Below, one piece after another: positions 32,496-43,040 of a stretch of 64,000 nucleotides of DNA. Source of the DNA: Maritalea sp. (GTDB lineage Bacteria; Pseudomonadota; Alphaproteobacteria; Rhizobiales; Devosiaceae); NCBI RefSeq assembly GCF_051251695.1, contig NZ_JBPOEU010000013.1, positions 37,924-101,923 on the forward strand. Direction: 5' to 3'. A program made the translations under genes and the position numbers. Below the pieces are notes generated by a model. It made no database searches and was not told where the DNA came from. It worked only from the letters and a program-made list of their open reading frames with translations. Numbering within the stretch: the first letter of the stretch is position 1; each line of letters begins with the position of its first letter.

Positions 32496-32510
32496 GCCTC
32501 TGGAGGCACC

Positions 32511-32978
32511 ATGCGCTGCCCATATTGCGGTAATCACGATACGCAAGTGAAGGATTCTCGGCCAACCGAGGATTCTAACGCGATCCGTCGCCGCCGAGTT
32601 TGCTCGGCGTGCGGTGGGCGGTTCACCACGTTTGAACGTGTGCAATTGCGCGAGCTGATTGTCAGCAAAAAATCGGGCCGCAAAGTGCCTTTTGATCGCG
32701 AGAAACTCACGCGATCAATCAAAACCGCTCTTCGCAAACGCGAAGTCGATGCAGAAGCTGCAGATCGAATGATCTCTGGCGTGGTGCGTCGGCTCGAAAG
32801 CATTGGCGAAAACGAAATCACCTCAGAGCAAATTGGCCAACTGGTTATGGAGGGCCTTAAAGAGCTCGATGATGTGGCCTTTGTTCGGTTTGCCTCCGTT
32901 TATAAGAATTTTTCCAAAGCAGATGATTTCAAATCCTTCCTTTCCCAGCTTGATGCCGGAAGTAAGGAAGACGAGTAG
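32511..32978 (+). CDS. nrdR: Transcriptional repressor NrdR
   Basis: MRCPYC...DSR...RRRR.C..C..RFTTFE followed by an ATP-cone. Confidence 0.97.
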   Translation: MRCPYCGNHDTQVKDSRPTEDSNAIRRRRVCSACGGRFTTFERVQLRELIVSKKSGRKVPFDREKLTRSIKTALRKREVDAEAADRMISGVVRRLESIGENEITSEQIGQLVMEGLKELDDVAFVRFASVYKNFSKADDFKSFLSQLDAGSKEDE

Positions 32979-32989
32979 TTGGGCGGACT

Positions 32990-33165
32990 AAGGTCCAGCT
33001 TGACGCTATTTCTTCCTGTTTCAATGAGGCATTTTATAAAGTACGCCCCATTAATCGGGGGCAGGCAAATGCGGCCTTGCAAATGTGGGCAATGAGATAA
33101 ACATTGAAATTGATCATGCGGCGCGATATGCAGCCAGCTTGATCGCAATGAACTATGCTCGCTAA
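32990..33165 (+). pseudogene. ribE: Degraded 3' remnant of riboflavin synthase (ribE)
   Basis: 33076-33165 translates LANVGNEINIEIDHAARYAASL...*, matching the RibE C-terminal VGD.VNLE.D..ARY..RL motif. A weaker upstream motif in another frame (32993: VQLDAISSCFNE, similar to VALDGISLTVNE) is collinear. No start codon; located at the canonical ribE position. Confidence 0.7.
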
Positions 33166-33185
33166 TTCGCAATTTGAGGACCAAA

Positions 33186-33638
33186 ATGACAGATAAGCCA
33201 AGTATTTTGCTCATAGAAGCGCGCAATTATGAAGAACTTGCCGACGAGTTGGCAACAGGCGCCATGGAAGTTTTGGACGAAGCAGGCGCTGTTGTGACAC
33301 GTATTTCTGTCCCCGGCGTACTCGATATACCCAGCGCGCTATCGATGGCGCTTATTGGTGCAGAAGTTGCTGATGCTGATGTTTACGATGGTTATGTCTT
33401 GCTTGGCGTGGTTATTCGATCTGAAACATCCCGCTATGAGATTGTCGCAAATGAGAGCGCACGCGCAATTATGAGCATGGTGACGTCTGAAGGCTTAGCC
33501 TTAGGTAATGGTATTCAAACTGTGGAAAACCAAGACCAAGCGCGGGGTCGGGTTAAACGAACCAACAAAAATAACGGCGCAGATGCCGCCAGAACAGCAC
33601 TTGCCATGATCGACGTGAAAAAGAAGTTTGGATTGTAA
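33186..33638 (+). CDS. ribH: Lumazine synthase homologue with degenerate active-site motifs
   Basis: RibH1-like backbone (VPG...IP, LG.VIR.ET, NES.RA, GNGI.TVEN..QA) between nrdR and nusB; RBS GAGGA precedes ATG 33186. Confidence 0.85.
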   Translation: MTDKPSILLIEARNYEELADELATGAMEVLDEAGAVVTRISVPGVLDIPSALSMALIGAEVADADVYDGYVLLGVVIRSETSRYEIVANESARAIMSMVTSEGLALGNGIQTVENQDQARGRVKRTNKNNGADAARTALAMIDVKKKFGL

Positions 33639-33641
33639 GAG

Positions 33642-34124
33642 ATGAACGAAGATAAACAACAACGTTCGCCCGGACAGGCCAATCAGCGCGGCGCGGCGCG
33701 TCTAGCTGCGGTGCAAGCGCTTTATCAAATGGATATCGGCCGAAGTTCGCTTGAGGCGACTTTGACCCAGTTTGACATGTTTTATTTGGGTAAAGAAGTA
33801 GAGGGAGACGAGTATCTCCCTGCGGACAAAGACTATTTCACCCAAATCCTAAAAGGCGTGAAAGCGCATCAGCTCAAGATTGATCCAATAGTCGATAATT
33901 CACTGGTTGAAGGTTGGCCCGTTACTCGAATCGATAGTACACTCCGTGCGATCCTGCGTTCTGCAGCGTTCGAATTATTGTACAAAAAAGATGTTCCCGT
34001 ACGTGTAGTCATCACTGAATATGTCGATGTTGCACGGGCGTTTTTCGAAAAAGATCAACCTGCCATGGTCAATGGCGTTTTGCATAATATTGCGCAGATA
34101 TTTAGACCAGACGAACTGAAATAA
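33642..34124 (+). CDS. nusB: Transcription antitermination factor NusB
   Basis: RGAARLAAVQALYQMD, RAILRSAAFEL and VNGVL motifs. Confidence 0.96.
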   Translation: MNEDKQQRSPGQANQRGAARLAAVQALYQMDIGRSSLEATLTQFDMFYLGKEVEGDEYLPADKDYFTQILKGVKAHQLKIDPIVDNSLVEGWPVTRIDSTLRAILRSAAFELLYKKDVPVRVVITEYVDVARAFFEKDQPAMVNGVLHNIAQIFRPDELK

Positions 34125-34139
34125 ACGGAGTCCCCAAAG

Positions 34140-35351
34140 ATGACTGAGCCCGAATTTAATAAAGAAAAAAATGCGGGCCGAAACATCGGGCTCTTGGCTT
34201 TAACGCAGGCTGTCGGCGGCTCTAGCCAAGCTATCGTTATGGCTGTTGGTGCGCTTACTGCCGCAAATCTAGCCACAGATAAAAGCCTAGCAACACTTCC
34301 AACAACAGCAATGATTATCGGTTTGGCCCTTATGGCCGGACCAGCAACAAAAATCATCTATTCGATTGGACGTCGAAATGGATTTTTGGTGGGCGCAGGA
34401 CTAGGGGTGATTGCGGGATTGGCCGCCGCCGCCGCCGTTACTTTGTCATCCTTTATTTTGTTCGCCTTGGCACTTTCCATTGTTGGAATGGGTGCGTCAT
34501 TTACCCAACAATACCGTTTTGCCATTGCCGATAGTGTGCCTGATGGCATGAAGGCGCGTGCCATCTCTTTGGTTCTGCTTGGCGGTGTTGCTGCAGGCTT
34601 TTTTGGGCCAAGACTTTCTTACATTTCAAAGGACTGGTTGGGCGGGGTTGAATTTGCAGGCTCGTTTTTGATCATCTCGTTTCTATCGATCGCGGCGATC
34701 GTTTTGCTTTCACAAACCAAACTTGCCCCGATTGTGAAGCCAAAAGTAGGGGATGCCAAAGGCCGGTCGGCCATGGCACTGATCAAAGTGCCTGAAATCG
34801 GCATTCCGATCCTAACAGGAATGATTTCGTACGCGCTGATGACGTTTGTCATGGTTGCTGCACCTTTGGCCATGGTTCATGTGTGCGGTCACTCTGCGGA
34901 ACAAGCAACCACAACAATTCAGTGGCATATTATTGCAATGTTCGCGCCCAGTTTGGTCACCGGTAACATCATCAATCGTATTGGCGCTCACGCAACGGTA
35001 GGCATAGGTCTTGTGTTGATTCTCATCTGCGCGTTGATCAACCTCAACGGCGTATCAGTTACCCATTTTGATGCCGCTTTGATCATGCTCGGTGTGGGCT
35101 GGAACTTCGGGTTTATCGGCTCGACAACGTTGTTGTCTCAGGCTTACCGTCCAGAGGAAGCCTCAACTGCTCAGGGCCTAAACGAGCCGTTGGTGTTCGG
35201 TTCAATGGCTGTCGCTTCAATTAGCTCAGGCGTTTTGTTGAATACGTTGGGTTGGCAATCAATCAACGTGATGGTGTTGCCAATCGTCACAGCAGCGCTT
35301 GCCCTGCTGGCGTGGGGCGATTATCGCCAGCGCAAGCTTCGCACCCAATAA
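34140..35351 (+). CDS. rfnT: MFS transporter, probable riboflavin transporter RfnT
   Basis: 12-TM MFS (QQYRFAIAD, GWNFGFIG). It occupies the position after nusB where RfnT is encoded in Rhizobiales rib operons. The substrate is assigned from synteny only. Confidence 0.6.
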   Translation: MTEPEFNKEKNAGRNIGLLALTQAVGGSSQAIVMAVGALTAANLATDKSLATLPTTAMIIGLALMAGPATKIIYSIGRRNGFLVGAGLGVIAGLAAAAAVTLSSFILFALALSIVGMGASFTQQYRFAIADSVPDGMKARAISLVLLGGVAAGFFGPRLSYISKDWLGGVEFAGSFLIISFLSIAAIVLLSQTKLAPIVKPKVGDAKGRSAMALIKVPEIGIPILTGMISYALMTFVMVAAPLAMVHVCGHSAEQATTTIQWHIIAMFAPSLVTGNIINRIGAHATVGIGLVLILICALINLNGVSVTHFDAALIMLGVGWNFGFIGSTTLLSQAYRPEEASTAQGLNEPLVFGSMAVASISSGVLLNTLGWQSINVMVLPIVTAALALLAWGDYRQRKLRTQ

Positions 35352-35356
35352 CAAAA

Positions 35357-35389
35357 AGGCGGGAAGTTCGTTTATGAAACTTCCCGCCT
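35357..35389. terminator. Bidirectional terminator between the MFS gene and bamE
   Basis: AGGCGGGAAGTT-N9-AACTTCCCGCCT with an A run before and a T-rich tract after. Confidence 0.85.
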
Positions 35390-35416
35390 AATTTTCTTTG
35401 AATACTTCTGTTTCGC

Positions 35417-35857
35417 CTAGAAACTAAGCGAGCCGAGCAATTGCTGCAGGAATGAGCGGTCTTGCCCAAATCCTGGCGTTGTGCGGGACACTGTGTCGAT
35501 CACCTTGCCATCTTCAAGCTTGTAAACTGCTTTGTCGATCACACGATCTTTTTTGTCGAAATAGACAGCAACAACAGTGCGGTCCTTGACGTTTTTCATA
35601 CCGAACGCGGTCTGTTCGATCTTCGTTTCTACATAATAATAAGCTTCTTCATCGCCAAACGTATTTTTTGACTGAGGCGAACCCATGACGAATTCGACCA
35701 ATTGCTTGGATACACCTGGACGAACCTGGGCTAAGCTATCCTCAGGAATATCATAACCCTGAGTGCGTTGTTGGGTCAGGCAGCCGGAAAGCAAAAGGGC
35801 TGCCGCGATAACGCTGACAAGTGAAAAGAAGCGGATTGCTGTACGCATAACCATCAT
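35417..35857 (-). CDS. bamE: Outer-membrane assembly lipoprotein BamE
   Basis: Lipobox LLSGC; G.SK..V...MGSP and YYY motifs. Confidence 0.85.
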   Translation of the reverse strand: MMVMRTAIRFFSLVSVIAAALLLSGCLTQQRTQGYDIPEDSLAQVRPGVSKQLVEFVMGSPQSKNTFGDEEAYYYVETKIEQTAFGMKNVKDRTVVAVYFDKKDRVIDKAVYKLEDGKVIDTVSRTTPGFGQDRSFLQQLLGSLSF

Positions 35858-36011
35858 TTAATTGGCTTTCTCACAAAAACTCTATTAACAAGACAAATCG
35901 GCGCAACTTGATACGCGCATTCCAAATCTGTTTAGCTGCCTAAGTCGTAACATGGCAAGTCACAGATAGAACTTAAAAAATTCGACCTGCAGCGGAACCT
36001 ACGACAAACCA

Positions 36012-36560
36012 ATGATTTTCAATCCCTTTAGAAAAGACCCATATGCCGAAGCAGCGCTAGCTGCCTACAATATCATTGTGGCACAATCTCGGCATCCCGA
36101 TTTCTATTTATCCTATGATATAGCAGACAATGTAACCGGCCGCTTCGATATGATCGCCTTACATATGTCGCTTGTTTTTCATCGATTACACAAGGGTGAT
36201 GTAGAACAACGCAAATTTGCCCAATCATTATTTGACTTGTTTTTCAAAGACATGGATAGATCTCTGCGCGAAATGGGCGTTGGTGATATCACCGTACCCA
36301 AAAAAGTAAAAAAGATGGGTGAGGTGTTCTACGGGTTGTTGGGCGCGGTTAAAGGCGCACTTGATGAAAAAGATATTGATGGGCTGACGGCAGCGTTAGA
36401 CCGAAATCTCTACAACGAAGAAAACTCAAAATGCGCTGAAGAGTTGGCAAAATACACCATCGGGCAGGTGGGGTATTTGGAAGGGCAAAATGAATTTTTG
36501 CAAGGCTTGCTAAATTTTTTGAGCCCTGAACAATCACAATCCAGCTATTTGGCCAAATAG
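36012..36560 (+). CDS. Ubiquinol-cytochrome c chaperone (Cbp3) family protein
   Basis: GRFDMI.LH and DMDRSLREMGVGDITVPKK.KKM motifs. Confidence 0.88.
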   Translation: MIFNPFRKDPYAEAALAAYNIIVAQSRHPDFYLSYDIADNVTGRFDMIALHMSLVFHRLHKGDVEQRKFAQSLFDLFFKDMDRSLREMGVGDITVPKKVKKMGEVFYGLLGAVKGALDEKDIDGLTAALDRNLYNEENSKCAEELAKYTIGQVGYLEGQNEFLQGLLNFLSPEQSQSSYLAK

Positions 36561-36597
36561 CGTTGGCCAATTAATACAAGTAATAAATGATGAGCAA

Positions 36598-37164
36598 TTG
36601 ATAATGAGCGACAAACAAGAACGACGCACCCATAGCCTAACTCTACTTCTGGACATTGTGGCCAGACTTGATGAGATATCTGTTGAGGGGCGAAAATACG
36701 ACTTTGACGCCGACGAAGAGGGATTGGCTTGGTTGACGCAGAATTCTCCAGCGTCGCAGGTTAGTAAATTTGTCGGTCATGTCGAATTACGCCCAATCAG
36801 AGGTGGATATGAAGCAACTGGCAAATTAGTCGCCTCACTGCAACAACCATGTGTCATAACCCTTGAACCAGTAGATGAGAATATCGACATTGAGATGCGA
36901 CGCATCTTTATGCGGGGTGAAGAGCCTGAAATGGATGTGACCTCAAATGGGGAAGTGTTCATTGATCTTGAGGCAAGTGCAGACAATGAATGGTTTAATG
37001 AAGACAAAATCGACTTGAGTGAATTTGTACTTGAGCAGTTTTTGTTATCCATCAATCCATATCCAAAAAAGGATGGCGCAGTGTTGCCTGAATTGAATAT
37101 CGATGATGAACCGGCGGAGAAATCACCGTTTGCTGCACTCGCGGCACTAAAGAAGTCAGATTAA
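36598..37164 (+). CDS. DUF177/YceD family protein
   Basis: QPCV.TLEPV, IDL.E...EQ.LLS..PYPK and SPFAALAALK motifs; upstream of plsX. Confidence 0.85.
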   Translation: MIMSDKQERRTHSLTLLLDIVARLDEISVEGRKYDFDADEEGLAWLTQNSPASQVSKFVGHVELRPIRGGYEATGKLVASLQQPCVITLEPVDENIDIEMRRIFMRGEEPEMDVTSNGEVFIDLEASADNEWFNEDKIDLSEFVLEQFLLSINPYPKKDGAVLPELNIDDEPAEKSPFAALAALKKSD

Positions 37165-37251
37165 TCGGTCGACAAAGGTGCGAAAAAGCTTGTACGGGGC
37201 TTATACATAGATAAGCTGTCGAGCAGTTTTGCTAAAAAAACCAAAGCGAAT

Positions 37252-38337
37252 ATGGCAAAAAATATAACAATTTCAGTCGACGCCATGGGTGGCGACAATG
37301 GTCCAGAGATCGTCCTTTTGGGGGCAAAAATGTCTCTTCTTGAGCGACCCAACACCCGCTACATCTTTCATGGGCGTGAAGATGAATTGGCACCTTTGCT
37401 TCAAAAATACAGCGATTTGCAGGCAGTATCCGAGATTCGGCACAACGACAATGTTGTTTCGATGGACGAAAAGCCATCTCAGGCCCTGCGCAAAGGGCGT
37501 GGCAAGTCCTCAATGTGGAATGCGTTGCAATCCGTTGCAGATGGGGAAGCGGATGCCGCAATTTCAGGCGGCAATACCGGCGCGTTGATGGCGATGGCAA
37601 CATTTTGCCTGCGCCCCATGGAGGGCATCTCCCGTCCGGCCTTAGCTGCGGTTTGGCCCACGCTACGCACAGAAATCGTTGTGCTCGATGTTGGCGCGAC
37701 CGTGGGTGGCGACGCGAAACAACTTATCGATTTTTCAATTCTAGGCGCTGCAATGGCCCGCTCCCTGTTTGATATGAAAGAACCAACAATTGGTTTGCTC
37801 AATGTTGGTACGGAAGAAGTAAAAGGCTTAGAAGCGGTAAAAGATGCTGCGAAGGAGCTAAGCTCCCATACAGGTCGCGGATATCAATATCACGGCTTTG
37901 TTGAAGGTGATGATATTGGCAAAGGCACGGTTGATGTTGTCGTTACTGAAGGCTTTACCGGCAATATTGCGCTAAAGACCGCTGAGGGCACAGCCCGGCA
38001 GGTCGCTACATATTTGCGCACCGCACTCACTCAAAGTTGGGTTTCCAAATTGGGCGCTCTGCTTGCTTCTGGCGGATTGCGGACATTGCGGGACAAAATG
38101 GACCCAAGAAACGTCAATGGTGCCGTATTTTTGGGTGTAAATGGCATCGTGATTAAAAGCCATGGCGGCACGGACGAAGTGGGCTTTAAAAGCGCGCTCG
38201 GGGTTGCATATGAAATGGCACAGAACCGACTGATGGATAAAATCGGTGAAGGTTTGAAACAGTTTGAAACGCCTGACCAAGAGGCCCAAAAAGCGGCATC
38301 GGATGGCGAAAATGATGGTGAGGTAGCGTCAGCGTGA
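37252..38337 (+). CDS. plsX: Phosphate acyltransferase
   Basis: [25 protein letters not shown] and KSHG motifs. Confidence 0.96.
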   Translation: MAKNITISVDAMGGDNGPEIVLLGAKMSLLERPNTRYIFHGREDELAPLLQKYSDLQAVSEIRHNDNVVSMDEKPSQALRKGRGKSSMWNALQSVADGEADAAISGGNTGALMAMATFCLRPMEGISRPALAAVWPTLRTEIVVLDVGATVGGDAKQLIDFSILGAAMARSLFDMKEPTIGLLNVGTEEVKGLEAVKDAAKELSSHTGRGYQYHGFVEGDDIGKGTVDVVVTEGFTGNIALKTAEGTARQVATYLRTALTQSWVSKLGALLASGGLRTLRDKMDPRNVNGAVFLGVNGIVIKSHGGTDEVGFKSALGVAYEMAQNRLMDKIGEGLKQFETPDQEAQKAASDGENDGEVASA

Positions 38338-39308
38338 GTGGGGTAAAAACAGTTGTTCGGGGTGTGGGGCATCATTTGCCCAAAAATGTGGTCACAAACA
38401 CGGAACTAGCCAAAACGGTTGATACATCCAACGAATGGATCGTGCAACGCACAGGCATCGAACAGCGATATATAGCGGGTGACGACGAGCAAACGTCTGA
38501 TCTGGCTTTAAACGCCGCTAAAAACGCGTTAGCTGCCGCCGGAATGGATGCCAGCGAAATCGACCTGATTATTCTGGCCACCACAACGCCTGACCGCACG
38601 TTTCCAGCGACAGCGGCGCTAGTTCAAGAAAAACTAGGCATCACTCAAGGCGCTGCTTTTGATATTCAGGCCGTATGCTCTGGTTTTGTTTATGCGGTCG
38701 CGACAGCTGACAGCTACTTGAAAAATGGATTGGGCACCAAAGCCCTAATCATTGGTGCAGAAACCTTCTCACGTCTTTTAGACTGGGAAGACCGCACCAC
38801 CTGTGTGTTATTCGGCGACGGCGCAGGTGCGATGGTTGTTGAGGCTGTTCCTGACAACACTGAAGGTGATCGCGGCGTTTTATCAAACTGCTTGCGTTCA
38901 AATGGCGAACATTGGCGAAAACTTTATGTCGATGGCGGCCCCTCACTCACGAAATCTGTTGGTTTCGTCCGCATGGAAGGAAAAGAAGTTTTTCGCCATG
39001 CGGTGGGTATGATTTCTGATGTGGTTGAAGGTGCGTTCGAAAAAGCGAACGTAGAGCCGAGCGATTTGGATTGGTTCGTTCCCCATCAAGCAAACAAGCG
39101 GATAATTGATGGCGCTGGCAGAAAATTGAAAATTCCTGCTGAAAAAGTCATCGTTACCGTCGACAAGCATGCGAACACTTCCGCCGCATCAGTGCCCATG
39201 GCGCTGAGCATAGGCGTTGAAGATGGACGCATAAAGCAGGGCGATTTGGTTATGTTAGAAGCCATGGGTGGTGGTTTTACATGGGGTGCGTCACTGGTTA
39301 GGTGGTAG
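38334..39308 (+). CDS. fabH: 3-oxoacyl-ACP synthase III
   Basis: Catalytic triad motifs AVCSGF, PHQAN and NTSAAS. Confidence 0.96.
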   Translation: MSGVKTVVRGVGHHLPKNVVTNTELAKTVDTSNEWIVQRTGIEQRYIAGDDEQTSDLALNAAKNALAAAGMDASEIDLIILATTTPDRTFPATAALVQEKLGITQGAAFDIQAVCSGFVYAVATADSYLKNGLGTKALIIGAETFSRLLDWEDRTTCVLFGDGAGAMVVEAVPDNTEGDRGVLSNCLRSNGEHWRKLYVDGGPSLTKSVGFVRMEGKEVFRHAVGMISDVVEGAFEKANVEPSDLDWFVPHQANKRIIDGAGRKLKIPAEKVIVTVDKHANTSAASVPMALSIGVEDGRIKQGDLVMLEAMGGGFTWGASLVRW

Positions 39309-39329
39309 AGCGTAACGCATGTTTCTTCT

Positions 39330-39364
39330 TGGTCATTGACCAGATGAAATGTCGCATCTATGCT
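39330..39364 (+). promoter_or_regulatory. Sigma70-like promoter of ihfA with an overlapping palindrome
   Basis: TTGACC (39336-41)-N17-TATGCT (39359-64); the TGGTCA-T-TGACCA palindrome overlaps the -35. Confidence 0.65.
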
Positions 39365-39397
39365 CGTTAACATATTGAAATGCATTGCGGAGCGGAT

Positions 39398-39709
39398 ATG
39401 GCAGGGAAAACTTTAACACGCGCTGACCTAAGTGAGGCAGTGTATCAGCAGGTTGGTCTATCGCGGGCAGAATCCTCGGATTTGGTCGAACGCGTATTGG
39501 ATTTGATGAGTGATTCACTTGTGGCGGGTAAAAGCGTCAAGCTTTCATCTTTCGGTTCATTTTTAGTTCGATCGAAGAATGAAAGAATTGGCCGCAACCC
39601 TAAAACGGGCGAAGAAGTGCCGATTTTGCCAAGACGTGTTTTGGTGTTTAAACCAAGCAATGTTTTGAAATCAAAAATCAATGACAAGATGCTGAGCGCT
39701 AAAAAATAA
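39398..39709 (+). CDS. ihfA: Integration host factor alpha
   Basis: TLTRADL, VKLSSFG.F and [12 protein letters not shown] motifs. Confidence 0.96.
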   Translation: MAGKTLTRADLSEAVYQQVGLSRAESSDLVERVLDLMSDSLVAGKSVKLSSFGSFLVRSKNERIGRNPKTGEEVPILPRRVLVFKPSNVLKSKINDKMLSAKK

Positions 39710-39736
39710 CAATAATCGCGTTTCAGAATTTAAAGG

Positions 39737-40210
39737 GTGGAGCCGTTGGAAAAGTCGCCTGACGCATTTCGTACAATCTCGGAAGCGGCACAAGAGCTTG
39801 ACTTGCCTCAACACGTATTGCGGTTTTGGGAGACGCGATTTTCCCAGATCAAACCGCTTAAACGTGGTGGTGGGCGGCGGTATTATCGTCCCGATGATGT
39901 GCAGCTGCTGCGTGGCATTCGTTTCCTTCTTTATGATGAAGGATTTACGATCAAAGGCGTTCAAAAAATCCTCAAAGAAAACGGCGCACGCCACGTCATT
40001 ACGATTGGCGAAACCGGCGCTATTGAAACTGTAACGTCGGCAGGTGCTGGCGATGAAATGGTGACCACTCCTCAAATTACTGCCCCAGAAGTTGCCACAT
40101 CCGGCTCAGTTATAGACACTTATTCACGTGCCCGGCTCAATGAGGCGTTGCATGAATTGCTAGAGTGCAAACGGATTTTAGACAAGGCGACAGAAGAGCC
40201 GTTAAACTAG
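39737..40210 (+). CDS. MerR-family regulator downstream of ihfA
   Basis: [11 protein letters not shown]...[24 protein letters not shown]. Confidence 0.92.
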   Translation: MEPLEKSPDAFRTISEAAQELDLPQHVLRFWETRFSQIKPLKRGGGRRYYRPDDVQLLRGIRFLLYDEGFTIKGVQKILKENGARHVITIGETGAIETVTSAGAGDEMVTTPQITAPEVATSGSVIDTYSRARLNEALHELLECKRILDKATEEPLN

Positions 40211-40494
40211 CGGACTTTAATTCCTCCCACAAATTGATGTAACCTTCTGATTGTCATGTAAATTGTGACGTCTTTTGGTGTTTTCCGTACCCCTTTGAAA
40301 TATTGTTCATAATTCCTGCATTCTGTGTTCGAGCAAGCGCAAGAAACACTTAATATTTCGTTCACCATACATATTTATACATTTGAATAGTTATGTGGTG
40401 TGGCTCGAATATCAAAAGGTCGCTTTCCGAAGAAGCGATGGATTCTTGTGATGTTTTAGCTGGAATTACAGGTGAAAAACTAGGTTGGGGTTAT

Positions 40495-42882
40495 ATGAGC
40501 GAGCAAGTCAAAAATACTACGGGGTCCAAGACACTTTTTTCCAAACTGTCTATCTCAAACATCAAAGTTTCACGGCAGATAGCCTTAGGGTTTTCTCTGG
40601 TACTCGTTTTGTTGGTGGGGGTTGCATATTTTGCATACGATGGCCTGTCCAGTGCAAATAGTAACTTTAAGCAATACCGTAGTTACGCAATTCAGACCAA
40701 TCAACTGGGACGCATTCAATCCAATTTGCTTTCTGCTAGACTTGCGGCAAAGGATTTTCTGCTCAAAAATACGGAAGAAGCGGCCGAAGAAGTTCGAAAG
40801 CGCCTAGCATCAGTTTCCACTCTTATTGACGAAAGCATGACGCTGTTTGATCGTCCTGAAGCATTGCAGGTCGTGAAAGATCTGCAGGCGGGTATCGCAC
40901 AATATGACAGCTCCTTCGAACAAGTGACTGTGTTTGTTCAGGAACGTAATAAGCTAGTCAATATATTGAATACGGTTGGACCTAAGGCTGAAAAAGACCT
41001 TACATCCATTATGAAGAGTGCGTTTAAAGACGATGATGCGCAGGCAAGTTTCATGGCTGGTTCCGCATTGCGCTCACTATTGCTGGCACGTCTATATTCA
41101 AACCGCTATTTGGTGGACAATTTGGAGGCAAGTGGTGAACGTGCAAACGCAGAGCTTTCAGATTTTGAAAAACAATCCGCGGAAATGCTCAAAGAACTTC
41201 AAAACCCTCAACGCAATAAACTTGCGAAATCAGTTATGGCGTTGGCTGGCGAATACACAGCGACGTTCAACGAAGTTATTTCGGTCATCACAGACCGTAA
41301 TGCTATCATCACAGGTACTTTGGACGTAATCGGCCCTCAAATGGCGACAGAGATGGAAGATCTCAAACTTGCCAATAAAGCGTTGCAAGATGAACTCGGC
41401 CCACAGGCTTCTGCAGAGGTTAGTCAGTCAGTAACTGTAACATTGACCATCTCAATCGTTGCTATCGTGTTTGGTGCAATCTTAGCGTTCGTCATAGGCA
41501 AGCTAATTTCGGTTCCCGTTCAAGGACTGACCAACACAATGTCCAAACTCGCTGGTGGCGATTTGGATGTTGAGGTTAAGGGCTTGGATGCGAGCAATGA
41601 AATTGGTGCGATGGCCCGCGCGGTTGAAGTGTTTAAGAAAAACGCAATCCGAGTGGCTGCGCTTTCCAGTGAAGAGGAGCAAGCAGACGCTCAACGTAAA
41701 CTCGAACATGCAACGATGATGGGCGACTTGCGATCTGCATTCGGTGAAGTTGTTGACGCAGCCATCGCCGGTGATTTCAGCAAACGCGTTCCTGCAGACT
41801 TCCCTGACGCAGAACTCAATGAATTGGCTGCTTCTGTAAACAACTTGGTATCCACAGTGGACTCTGGGTTGGATGAAACAGGAAAAGTACTTTCTGCATT
41901 AAGCAATACTGATCTGACCATTCGGGTTGAAGGCGATTATCACGGTGCGTTCCAGCGTCTAAAGGATGACACCAACCTTGTTGCTGATAAGCTTTCAGAT
42001 ATTGTCGGCGAACTAAAAGAAACCTCATCTGGTCTCAAATCAGCGACGAGTGAGATCCTTTCTGGCGCAAACGATCTTTCTGATCGAACAACCAAGCAAG
42101 CAGCGATGATTGAAGAAACATCTGCTGCAATGGAACAGCTCTCAACCACAGTGACCAGCAATACAAAGCAAGCACAGACTGGTGCGAGCAAAGCGCAAGA
42201 GGTTAGAAAAACGGCCGAAGAGAGTGGTGATGCTATGTCGCAGGCTAGTTCTGCTATGGAGCGTATTACATCGTCTTCTTCAAAAATCTCAAACATTATC
42301 GGTATGATTGATGACATTGCTTTCCAAACCAACTTGCTAGCGCTTAACGCTTCAGTTGAAGCTGCAAGGGCAGGTGAGGCCGGTAAGGGATTTGCAGTTG
42401 TTGCGATCGAAGTTCGTCGTTTGGCTCAATCCGCAGCAGAAGCTTCTAATGAAGTTAAGCAGTTGGTCGAGCAAAGTGCATCAGAAGTTGCAACCGGCTC
42501 TAAGTTGGTCGCGGATGCTGCAGGACGACTCTCTACAATGCTAGATGGTGTTAAAGAAAACACCGCATTGATGGAAGGCATTGCTGATAACAGTCGCGAT
42601 CAAGCATTCTCAATTGATGAAGTGACCGCTGCGGTTCGTGAGATGGACGAAATGACCCAACACAATGCGGCACTCGTTGAAGAAACAAACGCCGCAATCG
42701 AACAAACCGAGACACAGGCCAGCGACCTGGATCGCATTGTCGATGTCTTCAAGCTAAACGATCGTGCTGTAGACAAGCTAAGAGATGCTGGTCATGAATT
42801 ACGTGAAAAAGCGGCAGTTGCTGCACCTAGTCCAGCCCCAGCCAGCAAAGTAGCAGTTGGTCAAGATTGGGCTGAATTCTAG
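40495..42882 (+). CDS. Methyl-accepting chemotaxis protein (periplasmic helical sensor, HAMP domains, signalling domain)
   Basis: Two TM helices, [37 protein letters not shown], and the C-terminal pentapeptide DWAEF. ATG 40495 is preferred over the track start 40393. Confidence 0.93.
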   Translation: MSEQVKNTTGSKTLFSKLSISNIKVSRQIALGFSLVLVLLVGVAYFAYDGLSSANSNFKQYRSYAIQTNQLGRIQSNLLSARLAAKDFLLKNTEEAAEEVRKRLASVSTLIDESMTLFDRPEALQVVKDLQAGIAQYDSSFEQVTVFVQERNKLVNILNTVGPKAEKDLTSIMKSAFKDDDAQASFMAGSALRSLLLARLYSNRYLVDNLEASGERANAELSDFEKQSAEMLKELQNPQRNKLAKSVMALAGEYTATFNEVISVITDRNAIITGTLDVIGPQMATEMEDLKLANKALQDELGPQASAEVSQSVTVTLTISIVAIVFGAILAFVIGKLISVPVQGLTNTMSKLAGGDLDVEVKGLDASNEIGAMARAVEVFKKNAIRVAALSSEEEQADAQRKLEHATMMGDLRSAFGEVVDAAIAGDFSKRVPADFPDAELNELAASVNNLVSTVDSGLDETGKVLSALSNTDLTIRVEGDYHGAFQRLKDDTNLVADKLSDIVGELKETSSGLKSATSEILSGANDLSDRTTKQAAMIEETSAAMEQLSTTVTSNTKQAQTGASKAQEVRKTAEESGDAMSQASSAMERITSSSSKISNIIGMIDDIAFQTNLLALNASVEAARAGEAGKGFAVVAIEVRRLAQSAAEASNEVKQLVEQSASEVATGSKLVADAAGRLSTMLDGVKENTALMEGIADNSRDQAFSIDEVTAAVREMDEMTQHNAALVEETNAAIEQTETQASDLDRIVDVFKLNDRAVDKLRDAGHELREKAAVAAPSPAPASKVAVGQDWAEF

Positions 42883-42905
42883 CCGCACTTATCGACCTCA
42901 AAATC

Positions 42906-42939
42906 AAAGGCGCCTCTGGAATTTCCGGGGCGCCTTTTT
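42906..42939 (+). terminator. Rho-independent terminator after the MCP gene
   Basis: AAAGGCGCC...GGCGCCTTT stem followed by a T run. Confidence 0.85.
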
Positions 42940-43040
42940 CGTTGCAATTCGGAATTTCATCGGTCGTGAAACATCATCAAACGAATATGAATCGGATTGA
43001 CCACAGGCATGCGAAATGGGCATCCAAATAAATTTGTGAA

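Noticed and set aside
37165-37251. rpmF absent between yceD and plsX
   Set aside because: Usual arrangement in Rhizobiales.
40211-40494. Searched for a duplicated tRNA-Pro 3' end (att site) and a PhoB box
   Set aside because: No duplication found; the TGTCAT/TGTGAC spacing is 12 bp rather than the 11 bp of a PHO box.
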